From a cyanobacterium endosymbiont of Braarudosphaera bigelowii (lineage in GTDB: Bacteria; Cyanobacteriota; Cyanobacteriia; Cyanobacteriales; Microcystaceae): a stretch of DNA of 32,000 bases. The stretch is taken from contig NZ_AP024987.1 of NCBI RefSeq assembly GCF_020885515.1, positions 240,001 to 272,000 on the forward strand, given 5' to 3'. A model generated the notes under the pieces. That model was not told the DNA's origin. It saw nothing but the letters and a program-made list of their open reading frames with translations, and searched no databases. Positions 19,208 to 27,688 of this stretch are shown here, one piece after another (the first letter of the stretch is position 1; each line of letters starts with the position of its first letter). The translations under genes were made by a program, and so were the position numbers.

Positions 19208-19891
19208 CTAGAGTTGCTTTGCAAAATGGTTAAGTTGTTTGAGATTAGTTAGTGATAAAATCTGTTGTGTAGTATTTATTTCTATACAGCCTTGATTCTG
19301 TAGCTGTATCATAATGTTCTGGCATTCTTCATTAGAAATATTGGCAACATCAGCTAAATCTTGATTAGTAATTTGTAGAATTTCTAATCCTTCTGCAGTT
19401 AATTTGCCATAAGTTTCAGCAAATCTAATTAAGGTTTTAATTAATCTTATTTTCGGCTTTTGTTGACGTAATTGAAATCGGCGATATAAATATCTATATC
19501 TTTTAACGCTTAGTTGTAACATTTTGTGATGTACTTGAGGATCTTTAAATAGCATTTGTAAGAAACGTTGAGCTGAAATACTTATCAAATGAACTTCAGA
19601 TAAGGCGGCAACATCTATACATTTGAGAGGTTCGTCAAGTATTTCCATTTCTCCCCAAAAATCTCCTTTGCTGAGAATTTCCAAAGTTACTTCTTGGTTA
19701 GAATTGCGAGAACGTACTTTGACCCAACCGGAAACTATAAAGCAGATTGCCTTTCCACAGTTATTTTCCTTTATAATTTCTTCATTTTGGACATAGTGTT
19801 CTTCATCGGCGACGGATAGTATCCATTCTATAGTTTCTGGACTTGCTACACTAAATAGGGGGAATAGCTCTATGATTGCTTGAGTTTCCAT
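19208..19891 (-). CDS. Crp/Fnr-family transcriptional regulator (cNMP-binding domain + C-terminal HTH)
   Basis: 227 aa. It has a beta-roll cNMP-binding core (FIVSGWVKVR...GDFWGEMEILD) and a C-terminal HTH (TNQDLADVANISNEECQNIMIQLQNQG). It does not match the highly conserved NtcA sequence as I remember it. Confidence 0.85.
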   Translation of the reverse strand: METQAIIELFPLFSVASPETIEWILSVADEEHYVQNEEIIKENNCGKAICFIVSGWVKVRSRNSNQEVTLEILSKGDFWGEMEILDEPLKCIDVAALSEVHLISISAQRFLQMLFKDPQVHHKMLQLSVKRYRYLYRRFQLRQQKPKIRLIKTLIRFAETYGKLTAEGLEILQITNQDLADVANISNEECQNIMIQLQNQGCIEINTTQQILSLTNLKQLNHFAKQL

Positions 19892-20253
19892 TAAAGGTGC
19901 TTTAAGATGGCACTGAATAAAAGGTTAAGAGGTACTAATTGATTGATTTTTTCTTTTTGTTTCAATCTTCTAATTAATGATAAACCCCATAGATACTCTA
20001 AGTCTAGAGTTATTAAAATAGTATAGCGAAGAAAATCTAGCAAAATTTAATAACTATACAGTTTTTAAAGAGATATTAACTAGATTTATTTTAAGATAAA
20101 TGATTTAAAAATATTCTTTAACAAATAATATTAAGAAAACTCTATAAAAATAATATTTTTTTCAGTCTTTTCATATCTGTAGATGTTAGAATATCTTCTA
20201 CATGTAATGTTATAAAATAACCTATAAAATTAAGTAGAGATAGATAGATACTC

Positions 20254-20946
20254 ATGATGTTAGACCAATTCCGTAATTACTATCCTCAAGGAAGTTTAAT
20301 TAGTGAGCTAATAACTATTGATCATGGAAAGTACATTGTTAGAGCATTGATACAGGTTGATGGTGTCATTTTGGGAACAGGCCTAGCTGGAGATAATATA
20401 ATAGAAGTAGCTGAAGATCGTGCTATAGATAGAGCTTTAAAAAGTGTAGAATCAACAGTTAAATCTTCGATAAAGCTTGATTCTGTTAATTATAAGAATA
20501 ATTTAGACACAGAATTTAAGGATGTTATTTTAAATCCCTCAGAAAAATTAATAGAATCTTCAAATATAGAAGAAAATAAGCAAAACAATAATGACTTCTC
20601 TGAACCAGGTTTTAGAGATCTGGTTGAAATAAAAGAATATGGTCAAGAAGTTGCTAATTTTGGGAAAACTGTTGATAAAAGGAGCAATTTACAAGAAGAT
20701 GATACTTCCCACTCCCTTCCTAATAATGACAATACTTTTTTCGAGTCTAATGTAGACAATGAGTCTCTTGATTTTTCAGAAATTATCGCTCGTTCTAACA
20801 TAGAGTTAAAACGAGTAAAATGGACAACAGAACAAGGTAGGGATTATTTAATTAAAACTTATGAAAAAAGATCTCGCCAAGTGCTTTCTGATAAGGAACT
20901 TTTAGACTTTCTTCATTATTTAGAAAACCTTCCAACACCTACTTAG
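20254..20946 (+). CDS. Hypothetical protein: structured N- and C-terminal modules joined by an Asn/Asp/Glu/Ser-rich linker
   Basis: 230 aa. The N-terminal part is GSLISELITIDHGKYIVRALIQVDGVILGTGLAGDNIIEVAEDRAIDRAL. The central part is low-complexity. The C-terminal part is IARSNIELKRVKWTTEQGRDYLIKTY...LLDFLHYLENLP. I recognise no family. Confidence 0.6.
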   Translation: MMLDQFRNYYPQGSLISELITIDHGKYIVRALIQVDGVILGTGLAGDNIIEVAEDRAIDRALKSVESTVKSSIKLDSVNYKNNLDTEFKDVILNPSEKLIESSNIEENKQNNNDFSEPGFRDLVEIKEYGQEVANFGKTVDKRSNLQEDDTSHSLPNNDNTFFESNVDNESLDFSEIIARSNIELKRVKWTTEQGRDYLIKTYEKRSRQVLSDKELLDFLHYLENLPTPT

Positions 20947-21006
20947 TTAAATATTTATTAGATAGAGGTACTTAATAATTTACCTCTATCTAATAAATAT
21001 TTAACT
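20945..21006. terminator. Bidirectional terminator-like hairpin filling the gap between the convergent 20254-20946 CDS and clpP
   Basis: A perfect 26-bp stem (20945-20970 pairs with 20981-21006) has a 10-nt loop. The stem overlaps the TAG stop of the + gene (20944-20946). It also covers the TAA stop and last sense codon of clpP (21001-21006). Confidence 0.6.
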
Positions 21007-21600
21007 TACAGCATCAATTACTGAGGGACTACGACTAATAACCTGGTCAATTAATCCATAGTTTTTAGCTTCTTCTGCAGACATAAAGAAGTCTCTTTCT
21101 GTATCTTCAGCAACTTTATTTAAAGGCTGTCCAGTATGGTCAGCAAGATGATTATTTAGAAGACTCTTAAGATAAAGAATTTCTCTAGCTTGTATCTCAA
21201 TATCTGTAGCTTGTCCTTGAGCACCACCTAAAGGTTGATGAATCATAATACGAGAGTTAGGTAAACTCATTCTCTTGCCCTTGGCTCCAGCACTAAGAAG
21301 AAACGCTCCCATACTTGCCGCTAGTCCGATACAAACGGTACATACATCAGGTTGAATCTTATTCATTGTATCAAAAATTCCTAGTCCAGAAGATACAGAA
21401 CCACCAGGAGAATTAATGTATAAGTAAATATCTTTTTCAGGATCTTCTGCTTCAAGAAATAATAACTGAGCTACAATTAAATTAGAATTTTCATCTTTAA
21501 CTTCTTGTCCTAGAAATACAATACGTTCTCGCAAAAGACGAGAATAGATGTCAAATGCGCGTTCGCCACGGCCAGAGGTTTCAATAACAGTAGGAATCAT
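21001..21600 (-). CDS. clpP: ATP-dependent Clp protease proteolytic subunit
   Basis: 199 aa. The motifs are [28 protein letters not shown], catalytic Ser in [11 protein letters not shown], and catalytic His in MIHQPLGG. Confidence 0.95.
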   Translation of the reverse strand: MIPTVIETSGRGERAFDIYSRLLRERIVFLGQEVKDENSNLIVAQLLFLEAEDPEKDIYLYINSPGGSVSSGLGIFDTMNKIQPDVCTVCIGLAASMGAFLLSAGAKGKRMSLPNSRIMIHQPLGGAQGQATDIEIQAREILYLKSLLNNHLADHTGQPLNKVAEDTERDFFMSAEEAKNYGLIDQVISRSPSVIDAVS

Positions 21601-21901
21601 TGAGCTTTTTTTGTGATATTTACTATGATCTTAGCGATTTTACCTACACAAGACCATAATAAATTATGGCGATGTTCAAATTAAAACTTTAAATCATTTG
21701 AGTTAAGACCACATATTGATGATTCCTTAACCGATATATGGTTAATAAAAAAGTATTTAATCAAGACATTATGCATGAGATGATAGGTTTTTATTAATTA
21801 AATTTATCCGCGACAAAATATTGTATGTACTTCGTTTAAGTATCAACTTATTAATAACTTGTTTTAAATGTAATATTTGGATTATTTTTATTAGCTTTTA
21901 T

Positions 21902-22300
21902 CTAAAATATTTTTTGGAATGTCTGTACAGATTCTAATTGTTGATTTTTCTGTTGTAATTGTATAGCAACAGAATTACACACTAAGTCACACAATGAGAA
22001 GACCAATGGATTTGCAATCGCATAAAATACATTAACGCCTTCTTGAGTTCTTGTGACGATACCAGCTTGAGATAATACTTTCAAATGCTTAGAAACATTA
22101 GCTTGTCCCAACTCAGTTATTTCAATAATTTGAGAGACATTTTTACCTCCATTTTTGAGTGCACAAATGATTTGTAATCGGCTAACTTCTGATAAAACTT
22201 TAAAAAAGTCTGCAATTATTGTTAAAACAGCGGGAGATAAATTAGATATTTTTCCTTTTTCCAAGAAATCCATCTTAGGAGCGTATTGGGAGTAGGTCAT
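21902..22300 (-). CDS. ArsR/SmtB-family transcriptional regulator
   Basis: 132 aa. It has a winged-HTH core: FFKVLSEVSRLQIICALKNGGKNVSQIIEITELGQANVSKHLKVLSQAGIVTRTQEG.NVFY. Cys residues occur near the C-terminus (SLCDLVC). The effector is unknown. Confidence 0.85.
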   Translation of the reverse strand: MTYSQYAPKMDFLEKGKISNLSPAVLTIIADFFKVLSEVSRLQIICALKNGGKNVSQIIEITELGQANVSKHLKVLSQAGIVTRTQEGVNVFYAIANPLVFSLCDLVCNSVAIQLQQKNQQLESVQTFQKIF

Positions 22301-22391
22301 TTCTAATATACTTTCTATGGAAGCAATAGACTATGTAAATACTTGGTAAGCCCCATTATAGCTTAATTAGTCTCAATTGCCTATATTACCA

Positions 22392-22423
22392 AATAGTTAT
22401 TTATTAACATAAAAATAACTATT
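22392..22423. promoter_or_regulatory. Candidate operator: 11-bp inverted repeat with 10-bp spacer in the ArsR/pentapeptide divergent spacer
   Basis: AATAGTTATTT (22392-22402) and AAATAACTATT (22413-22423) are exact reverse complements. A second small palindrome, CTTGA-ATAA-TCAAG (22425-22438), follows immediately. The genes here are divergent, so a terminator role is unlikely. Confidence 0.3.
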
Positions 22424-22472
22424 CCTTGAATAATCAAGACTAAAATAATGAGGCTATTAGACAAGAAAAATA

Positions 22473-23195
22473 ATGAAGTTAAATCAACTATTAAGTAAAT
22501 ATAATCTAGGAGAAAGAGATTTTCAAAACATTTGTTTGAGAGAAATAGATTTAATAGGGGTTAATCTTCCAAATATCAATTTGGAAGCAGCTGATATAAG
22601 ACAAAGTCGCCTAGGGAAAAGTAATCTTAATGGAGCAATATTTAAAAAAGCTGATTTAAGTGAATCTATTATTTGGGGAACTAGTTTGAAAAATTCCAAC
22701 TTATCTAGAGCCATTTTAAGAGATACAGACCTTAGTGGAGCAGAACTTATTAATACTAATCTTACAAATGCTTATTTAAGTAAAGCTAGTTTATGTGGGG
22801 CAAACCTAGCTAAAGCAAATTTATCATACGCGATACTGTATGAAGTAGACTTGCGTCCCCTTTCTAATAGAAGAACTAATTTAGGGCAAGCAAACTTAAG
22901 CCATACTGATTTATCCTATGCCAAGTTGAGTTCAGCTTTACTTTTTAGAGCAGACTTGTCAGGAGCAAAATTATGTCGAGCAGAACTAAATCAGGATCCT
23001 TATAAGTTTCCATTCTTAACAGATTTAACAGAAGCTAACTTACAGGGAGCAGATCTGAGCTATGCAGACTTAAGCAATGCTATTTTAGTTAATGCTAATT
23101 TAAAAAATGCAGATTTAACTGGTACCAACCTAAAAGGAACGAACTTACAAGGAACTATTATGCCAAATGGAAGTATATATAACTTATCTATTTAA
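22473..23195 (+). CDS. Pentapeptide-repeat protein
   Basis: 240 aa. It is almost entirely A(D/N)LxX pentads, for example ANLSYAILYEVDL, ADLSGAKLCRAEL and ADLSYADLSNAILVNANLKNADLTGTNLKGTNLQG. Confidence 0.9.
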   Translation: MKLNQLLSKYNLGERDFQNICLREIDLIGVNLPNINLEAADIRQSRLGKSNLNGAIFKKADLSESIIWGTSLKNSNLSRAILRDTDLSGAELINTNLTNAYLSKASLCGANLAKANLSYAILYEVDLRPLSNRRTNLGQANLSHTDLSYAKLSSALLFRADLSGAKLCRAELNQDPYKFPFLTDLTEANLQGADLSYADLSNAILVNANLKNADLTGTNLKGTNLQGTIMPNGSIYNLSI

Positions 23196-23385
23196 TTTAT
23201 ATAAATAATATTTTTCAAAAATCACATAAAATTTATTTAAATATTTGACCAGATCCAGTTTTTAGTAAAAAAAATCGCATAAATGAGACAAGTATTATAT
23301 TAACTTGTCATATTTTTAATCTATTGTAAAATTAAAAGTTGGTGTAAAAAATATTTTGTAGTAAATGTAAATAAGGATAGATATT

Positions 23386-23844
23386 ATGTCTAAACGAGTT
23401 CCAATGGTTCTAAATAAGTCTATTAGTAAACTAGGAAAAAGCGGTGATCTAGTAGAAGTTGCTCCGGGATATGCTAGAAACTATCTTCTTCCCCAGAAAT
23501 TAGCTGTCATTGCTACTAGCAGTATTCTTAAGCAAGTTGAACAACGTAAAGAAAAAGAAGCTCAAAGACTTTTATTTGTAAAACAAGCGGCAGAAGAGCA
23601 AAAAGTTTCCTTAGAAACCATTAAGTGTTTTACCATTAATAAACAAGTTGGGGAAGGGGAAGCAATTTTCGGAACTGTTACTAATCAAGAAGTCGTAGAA
23701 ATTATACAAAAAATCACTAATCAAGAAATAGATCGCCGAGGTGTTACTCTTCCTGAAATTAGTCAGACTGGTTCTTATGAAGCGACTATTAAACTTCATC
23801 CAGAAGTAATTGCTACTATTGAAATTCAAGTAATACCTTCTTAA
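23386..23844 (+). CDS. rplI: 50S ribosomal protein L9
   Basis: 152 aa. It has the L9 N-domain motif [25 protein letters not shown], a long charged connecting helix and a C-terminal domain. Confidence 0.93.
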   Translation: MSKRVPMVLNKSISKLGKSGDLVEVAPGYARNYLLPQKLAVIATSSILKQVEQRKEKEAQRLLFVKQAAEEQKVSLETIKCFTINKQVGEGEAIFGTVTNQEVVEIIQKITNQEIDRRGVTLPEISQTGSYEATIKLHPEVIATIEIQVIPS

Positions 23845-24208
23845 GAATATATTTCTTAGTTATTATAGCTTTTAAAAAAAGCTAGCTTAAATTAAGCAAG
23901 TGTATAAAAGCTTTAGTATAATGCTCTAGAATCTTGTAGTACTTAATTTTACTTTAAAGATTACTCATAATTATTTAAAAAATCATTTAACTTTCTTTCT
24001 TGAGAATATTCTAAATGAGAAAATTATTAACTACTTTTTGTTCTTTTACAAATTACTAAATAAAATTGTTTTTGAGAGTTAAATTGAAAATAATATTTTT
24101 CATTTTAGTCAATTCTTGCTTATTTACTTGAATAGAGAATTAAAAGTTACTTAGGTTTCTAGAATAACTTTATTTTTATTAAATAAAATATTTAAAGAAT
24201 AATCTTAT

Positions 24209-24295
24209 TTAAATTTTAAAGCTACTAATTTTGACCTCTAGATTTATATTAATAATATAAATCTAGAGGTCAAAATTAGTAGCTTTAAAATTTAA
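24209..24295. repeat. 87-bp perfect palindrome (43-bp arms, single centre base)
   Basis: Checked base by base: 24209-24251 is the exact reverse complement of 24253-24295, with the centre at 24252. The match breaks at 24208/24296. It lies about 365 bp after the rplI stop and 168 bp before the zwf ATG. Its function is unknown. Confidence 0.9.
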
Positions 24296-24462
24296 CCATA
24301 TAGGTAGAGAATATATTAAGACTTAAAATTTGATATTGGAAAGAAGCCGCTGATGAATTACACAGTTTATTATTATCAAAGCTTAATTTTGTGTAATAAC
24401 TTCGCTTCCTTCAGAAAAGTTTTAGTTAAACTGAAAACTATTGAGGAGGCAAAGTAAAGCTT

Positions 24463-25992
24463 ATGGTAACATTATTAGAAAATCCATTTCGCATTGGACT
24501 ACGCCAAGAGAGAAATCCACAACCCTTAATACTAGTGATTTTTGGTGCATCTGGTGATTTAACCCAACGTAAACTTGTTCCTGCACTCTACAAAATGAAA
24601 CAGGAAAGAAGATTACCTCCAGAATTAACTGTAGTAGGAGTTGCTCGTCGAGATTGGAGTCATGCCCATTTTAGAGATAAAATGCTGGAGGGGATTGAAG
24701 AGTTCTCTGATGGTATCGGTAATAAAGAATTATGGGATAATTTTGCTGAAGGCCTATATTACTGTTCAGGTAATATGGATGAACCGGAAAGTTATCAAAA
24801 ATTAAAAACTTTATTAAAAGAGTTAGATGACAAGAGGGGAACTAGAGGAAATCGTGTATTTTATCTATCTGTTTCTCCGAATTTCTTCCCACCTGGTATT
24901 AAGCAATTAGGTGCAGCTGGGATGTTAAGTGATCCCTTAAAACATAGAATTGTTATTGAAAAGCCTTTTGGTAAAGATTTAAGTTCAGCTAAAGTCCTTA
25001 ATCGTATAGTCCAAAATGTATGTAAAGAAGAACAAGTTTATCGAATTGACCACTACCTAGGGAAGGAAACTGTCCAAAATTTATTAGTTTTTCGTTTTGC
25101 TAATGCAATTTTTGAACCTTTATGGAATCGCCAATTCGTAGATCATGTTCAAATCACAGTAGCTGAAACTGTTGGAGTAGAGGATAGAGCAGGCTACTAT
25201 GATACTTCTGGAGCCTTACGGGACATGCTGCAAAATCATCTTATGCAGCTTTTTTGTTTGACTGCTATGGAACCTCCTAATGCTTTAAATGCTGATAGTA
25301 TACGTAATGAAAAAGTTAAGGTGTTACAGGCAACTAACTTGGCTGATACTCATAATTTAGAAAACTCAGCTATTCGTGGACAATACAAAGCAGGCTGGAT
25401 GAAAGGAAAACCTGTTCCAGGATATTTAGAAGAAACAGGAGTTCCTTTAAATTCTTCTACACCTACTTATGTAGCCATGAAACTAATGGTAGATAATTGG
25501 AGATGGAAGGGAGTACCTTTTTACCTTAGAACCGGAAAAAGATTACCTAAAAAGGTAACTGAAATATCTATTCAATTTAAAGATGTACCTTTTCTTATTT
25601 TTCAATCAGCAGCTTACCAAACAAATCCTAATATTCTAAGCATGCGTATTCAGCCTAATGAAGGTATAGCTTTAAAATTTGAAGCAAAAATGCCGGGTTC
25701 AGAACTTCGTACTCGTTCAGTAGAAATGGATTTTAATTATGGCTCTTCTTTCGGTATGACTACATCCGATGCATATCATCGTCTTTTATTGGATGCCATG
25801 CTAGGAGACCAAACTTTATTTACGCGTGCTGATGAGGTTGAAGAAGCATGGCGTGTTGTTAGCCCTGTTCTTTCTGTATGGGATAGTCCAGCTGAACCTA
25901 ACACCGTTCCTCAGTACGAAGCTGGAACGTGGGAACCTACAGAAGCAGAATTGTTAATGAATCGTGATGGTCGTCGTTGGCGACGCTTGTAA
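24463..25992 (+). CDS. zwf: Glucose-6-phosphate 1-dehydrogenase
   Basis: 509 aa. It has NADP-binding [12 protein letters not shown] and the active-site motif RIDHYLGKE, with EKPFG. A strong Shine-Dalgarno GAGGAGG lies at 24443-24449. Confidence 0.96.
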   Translation: MVTLLENPFRIGLRQERNPQPLILVIFGASGDLTQRKLVPALYKMKQERRLPPELTVVGVARRDWSHAHFRDKMLEGIEEFSDGIGNKELWDNFAEGLYYCSGNMDEPESYQKLKTLLKELDDKRGTRGNRVFYLSVSPNFFPPGIKQLGAAGMLSDPLKHRIVIEKPFGKDLSSAKVLNRIVQNVCKEEQVYRIDHYLGKETVQNLLVFRFANAIFEPLWNRQFVDHVQITVAETVGVEDRAGYYDTSGALRDMLQNHLMQLFCLTAMEPPNALNADSIRNEKVKVLQATNLADTHNLENSAIRGQYKAGWMKGKPVPGYLEETGVPLNSSTPTYVAMKLMVDNWRWKGVPFYLRTGKRLPKKVTEISIQFKDVPFLIFQSAAYQTNPNILSMRIQPNEGIALKFEAKMPGSELRTRSVEMDFNYGSSFGMTTSDAYHRLLLDAMLGDQTLFTRADEVEEAWRVVSPVLSVWDSPAEPNTVPQYEAGTWEPTEAELLMNRDGRRWRRL

Positions 25993-26065
25993 TAGAAATC
26001 AGGAATTTTTCCTGCTTAGTTGATTTCTTACCCAACCAATAACTTCCTCCCATAACAGAACAATT

Positions 26066-27424
26066 ATGACTACTCAAACTCTCCCAATCGTTTCTTTGCA
26101 AGATCCCAAGGATGTTTCTATAAATGTCATTGAGGCGGAACTAAGCAATATTTGGCAAAGTTATAATAATAACGATGATGGAATTATAGCTACCCGTGCT
26201 AATACATTTACCTTTATTATTTATGAACCTGGACCTACTCAGTATCTATTAGCTGTTCTTGGTTTTTATACAGGTATTATTGATGGTATAGTTGGTCCTC
26301 GTACTATCGCTGCAATTAAATCTGCAGAAGAAACATACAACCTAAAAGTAACAGGCGAATCTAGTGAAGAGTTTATTCTTAAATTACAATCAGAATTTAA
26401 ACAAGCTAAGACTAAAGGACAACTTAGTGATTTGCAAAAAATTACTGCTCAGTCCTATTCTCCTGACCTAGAAGAAACAGGTTTAGCTAATTTTAATCCT
26501 TGTAGAGTAATAACAATTCGTCCTACTGTTGATAGTAATGATAGCGTCAAAGCACAAGTCTCTGCTTCTTGTCCTATTAACAAACAAGGTAATCATACTT
26601 TAGCTTGTTGTGAATATATTACACTACAAGGAAGTGCTGATGCTTTAGAAAAAATTAGTGATGTTATCTCAGATTTAAGTATTGACGGATTACCTACATG
26701 TACTTGGTGGAAAGCTATTCCTGAGCCAGAGTATGAACTTTTTAAAAAGTTAGCTTCCCAAAGTAATACTCTGGTTGTAGATTCCAGCACTTTTAGTAAT
26801 TCAATAAACCAACTGGCAAAATTAGGCAAGATGTTGGAGCAAAACTTACCCTTAGCTGATTTAAACTGGGTAAGACTGAGTCCATGGCAAGAACTAACAG
26901 CTGCAGCTTTCGATCCTCCAGAACGTCGTAATGCTGTTTTGGAAATTGATCGTATTGCTATTGATTATGAAAAAGGAAATTCAGCCCAAGCATTAATGTA
27001 CTTAGGTTGGGTTGCTAGTCGCTTACAATGGCAGCCTATTGCTTATGAGTATGAAGAAGGTGACTACAATATTTGCAGAGTCAAGCTTCTTAATAGTGAA
27101 CAAAGAAGCATAGAAGCTGAATTGTCTGGAATTCCTCTAGCAGATTGGGGTGATGTATTAGGAGATTTAATTAGCCTGAAATTAAGTTCTACAAATTCAC
27201 AAGCAGACTGTTGTACAGTATTATGTTCCGGTACTACTGGATGTATGCGAATGGAGGCATCTGGTGGTGCTCAGGCTTGCCGTATTGAACAAGTAACATC
27301 TCTAGCAGATCAAAAAACCGACAATTTGATTCAAAGACAACTTCAAAGATGGGGTACAGATGCTTTATATAAAGAAAGTATGGAAGTCGTTACCTCTATG
27401 CTTAAATTAGCTCTTAATCAATAA
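26066..27424 (+). CDS. opcA: G6PDH assembly/redox-modulator protein OpcA
   Basis: 452 aa, immediately downstream of zwf, which is the conserved cyanobacterial zwf-opcA arrangement. The N-terminus is PIVSLQDPKDVSINVIEAELSNIWQSY...ATRANTFTFIIYEP. It contains an embedded PG_binding_1-like segment (see findings). Confidence 0.9.
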   Translation: MTTQTLPIVSLQDPKDVSINVIEAELSNIWQSYNNNDDGIIATRANTFTFIIYEPGPTQYLLAVLGFYTGIIDGIVGPRTIAAIKSAEETYNLKVTGESSEEFILKLQSEFKQAKTKGQLSDLQKITAQSYSPDLEETGLANFNPCRVITIRPTVDSNDSVKAQVSASCPINKQGNHTLACCEYITLQGSADALEKISDVISDLSIDGLPTCTWWKAIPEPEYELFKKLASQSNTLVVDSSTFSNSINQLAKLGKMLEQNLPLADLNWVRLSPWQELTAAAFDPPERRNAVLEIDRIAIDYEKGNSAQALMYLGWVASRLQWQPIAYEYEEGDYNICRVKLLNSEQRSIEAELSGIPLADWGDVLGDLISLKLSSTNSQADCCTVLCSGTTGCMRMEASGGAQACRIEQVTSLADQKTDNLIQRQLQRWGTDALYKESMEVVTSMLKLALNQ

Positions 27425-27448
27425 TTAAAAATCAAGTGTTTTATTTAT

Positions 27449-27488
27449 AAGTGGGATTAGAATATATAAGTCTTCTAATCCCACTTTT
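27449..27488 (+). terminator. Rho-independent terminator after opcA
   Basis: The 14-bp perfect stem AAGTGGGATTAGAA (27449-27462) / TTCTAATCCCACTT (27473-27486) has a 10-nt loop and runs into TTTT (27485-27488). It starts 25 nt after the opcA stop. Confidence 0.75.
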
Positions 27489-27688
27489 CATCAATTTTAG
27501 AAATAATTTAAATTAACAAAATCTATTATAAAAAATATAATGCTGTTAACTACAACAAACCAATGTATAAAAAATTAAAATTTAGACATTACTATATACT
27601 AGCTTCCAGTCTAATAAGATATACTGTGATGTTCTCTTAAGTATAAGAATCAGACTACTGATTCTATTTTACAAATGACAAACACATA

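Noticed and set aside
19208-19891. Whether the Crp-family regulator near glnA is NtcA.
   Set aside because: Its N-terminus and HTH region do not resemble the very highly conserved NtcA sequence as I recall it. I call it only a generic Crp/Fnr-family regulator.
22425-22438. CTTGA-ATAA-TCAAG as an FNR/CRP box.
   Set aside because: The half-sites resemble TTGA/TCAA, but the spacing is wrong for FNR (TTGAT-N4-ATCAA corresponds to TTGA-N6-TCAA). I kept it only as part of the candidate ArsR-spacer operator region.
23866-23897. Two small hairpins right after rplI (TAGCTTTT-AAA-AAAAGCTA and GCTTAA-A-TTAAGC), as a possible terminator.
   Set aside because: The stems are short and weak (8 and 6 bp), the loops are 3 and 1 nt, and there is no T-tract. 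They are plausible but not strong enough to annotate as a feature.
27646-27665. Small hairpin AGAATCAG-ACTA-CTGATTCT just upstream of pyrD, as a possible attenuator.
   Set aside because: It is only an 8-bp stem in AT-rich sequence, with no associated leader peptide or alternative structure that I could see. That is too little to interpret. The opcA terminator at 27449-27488 already explains termination here.
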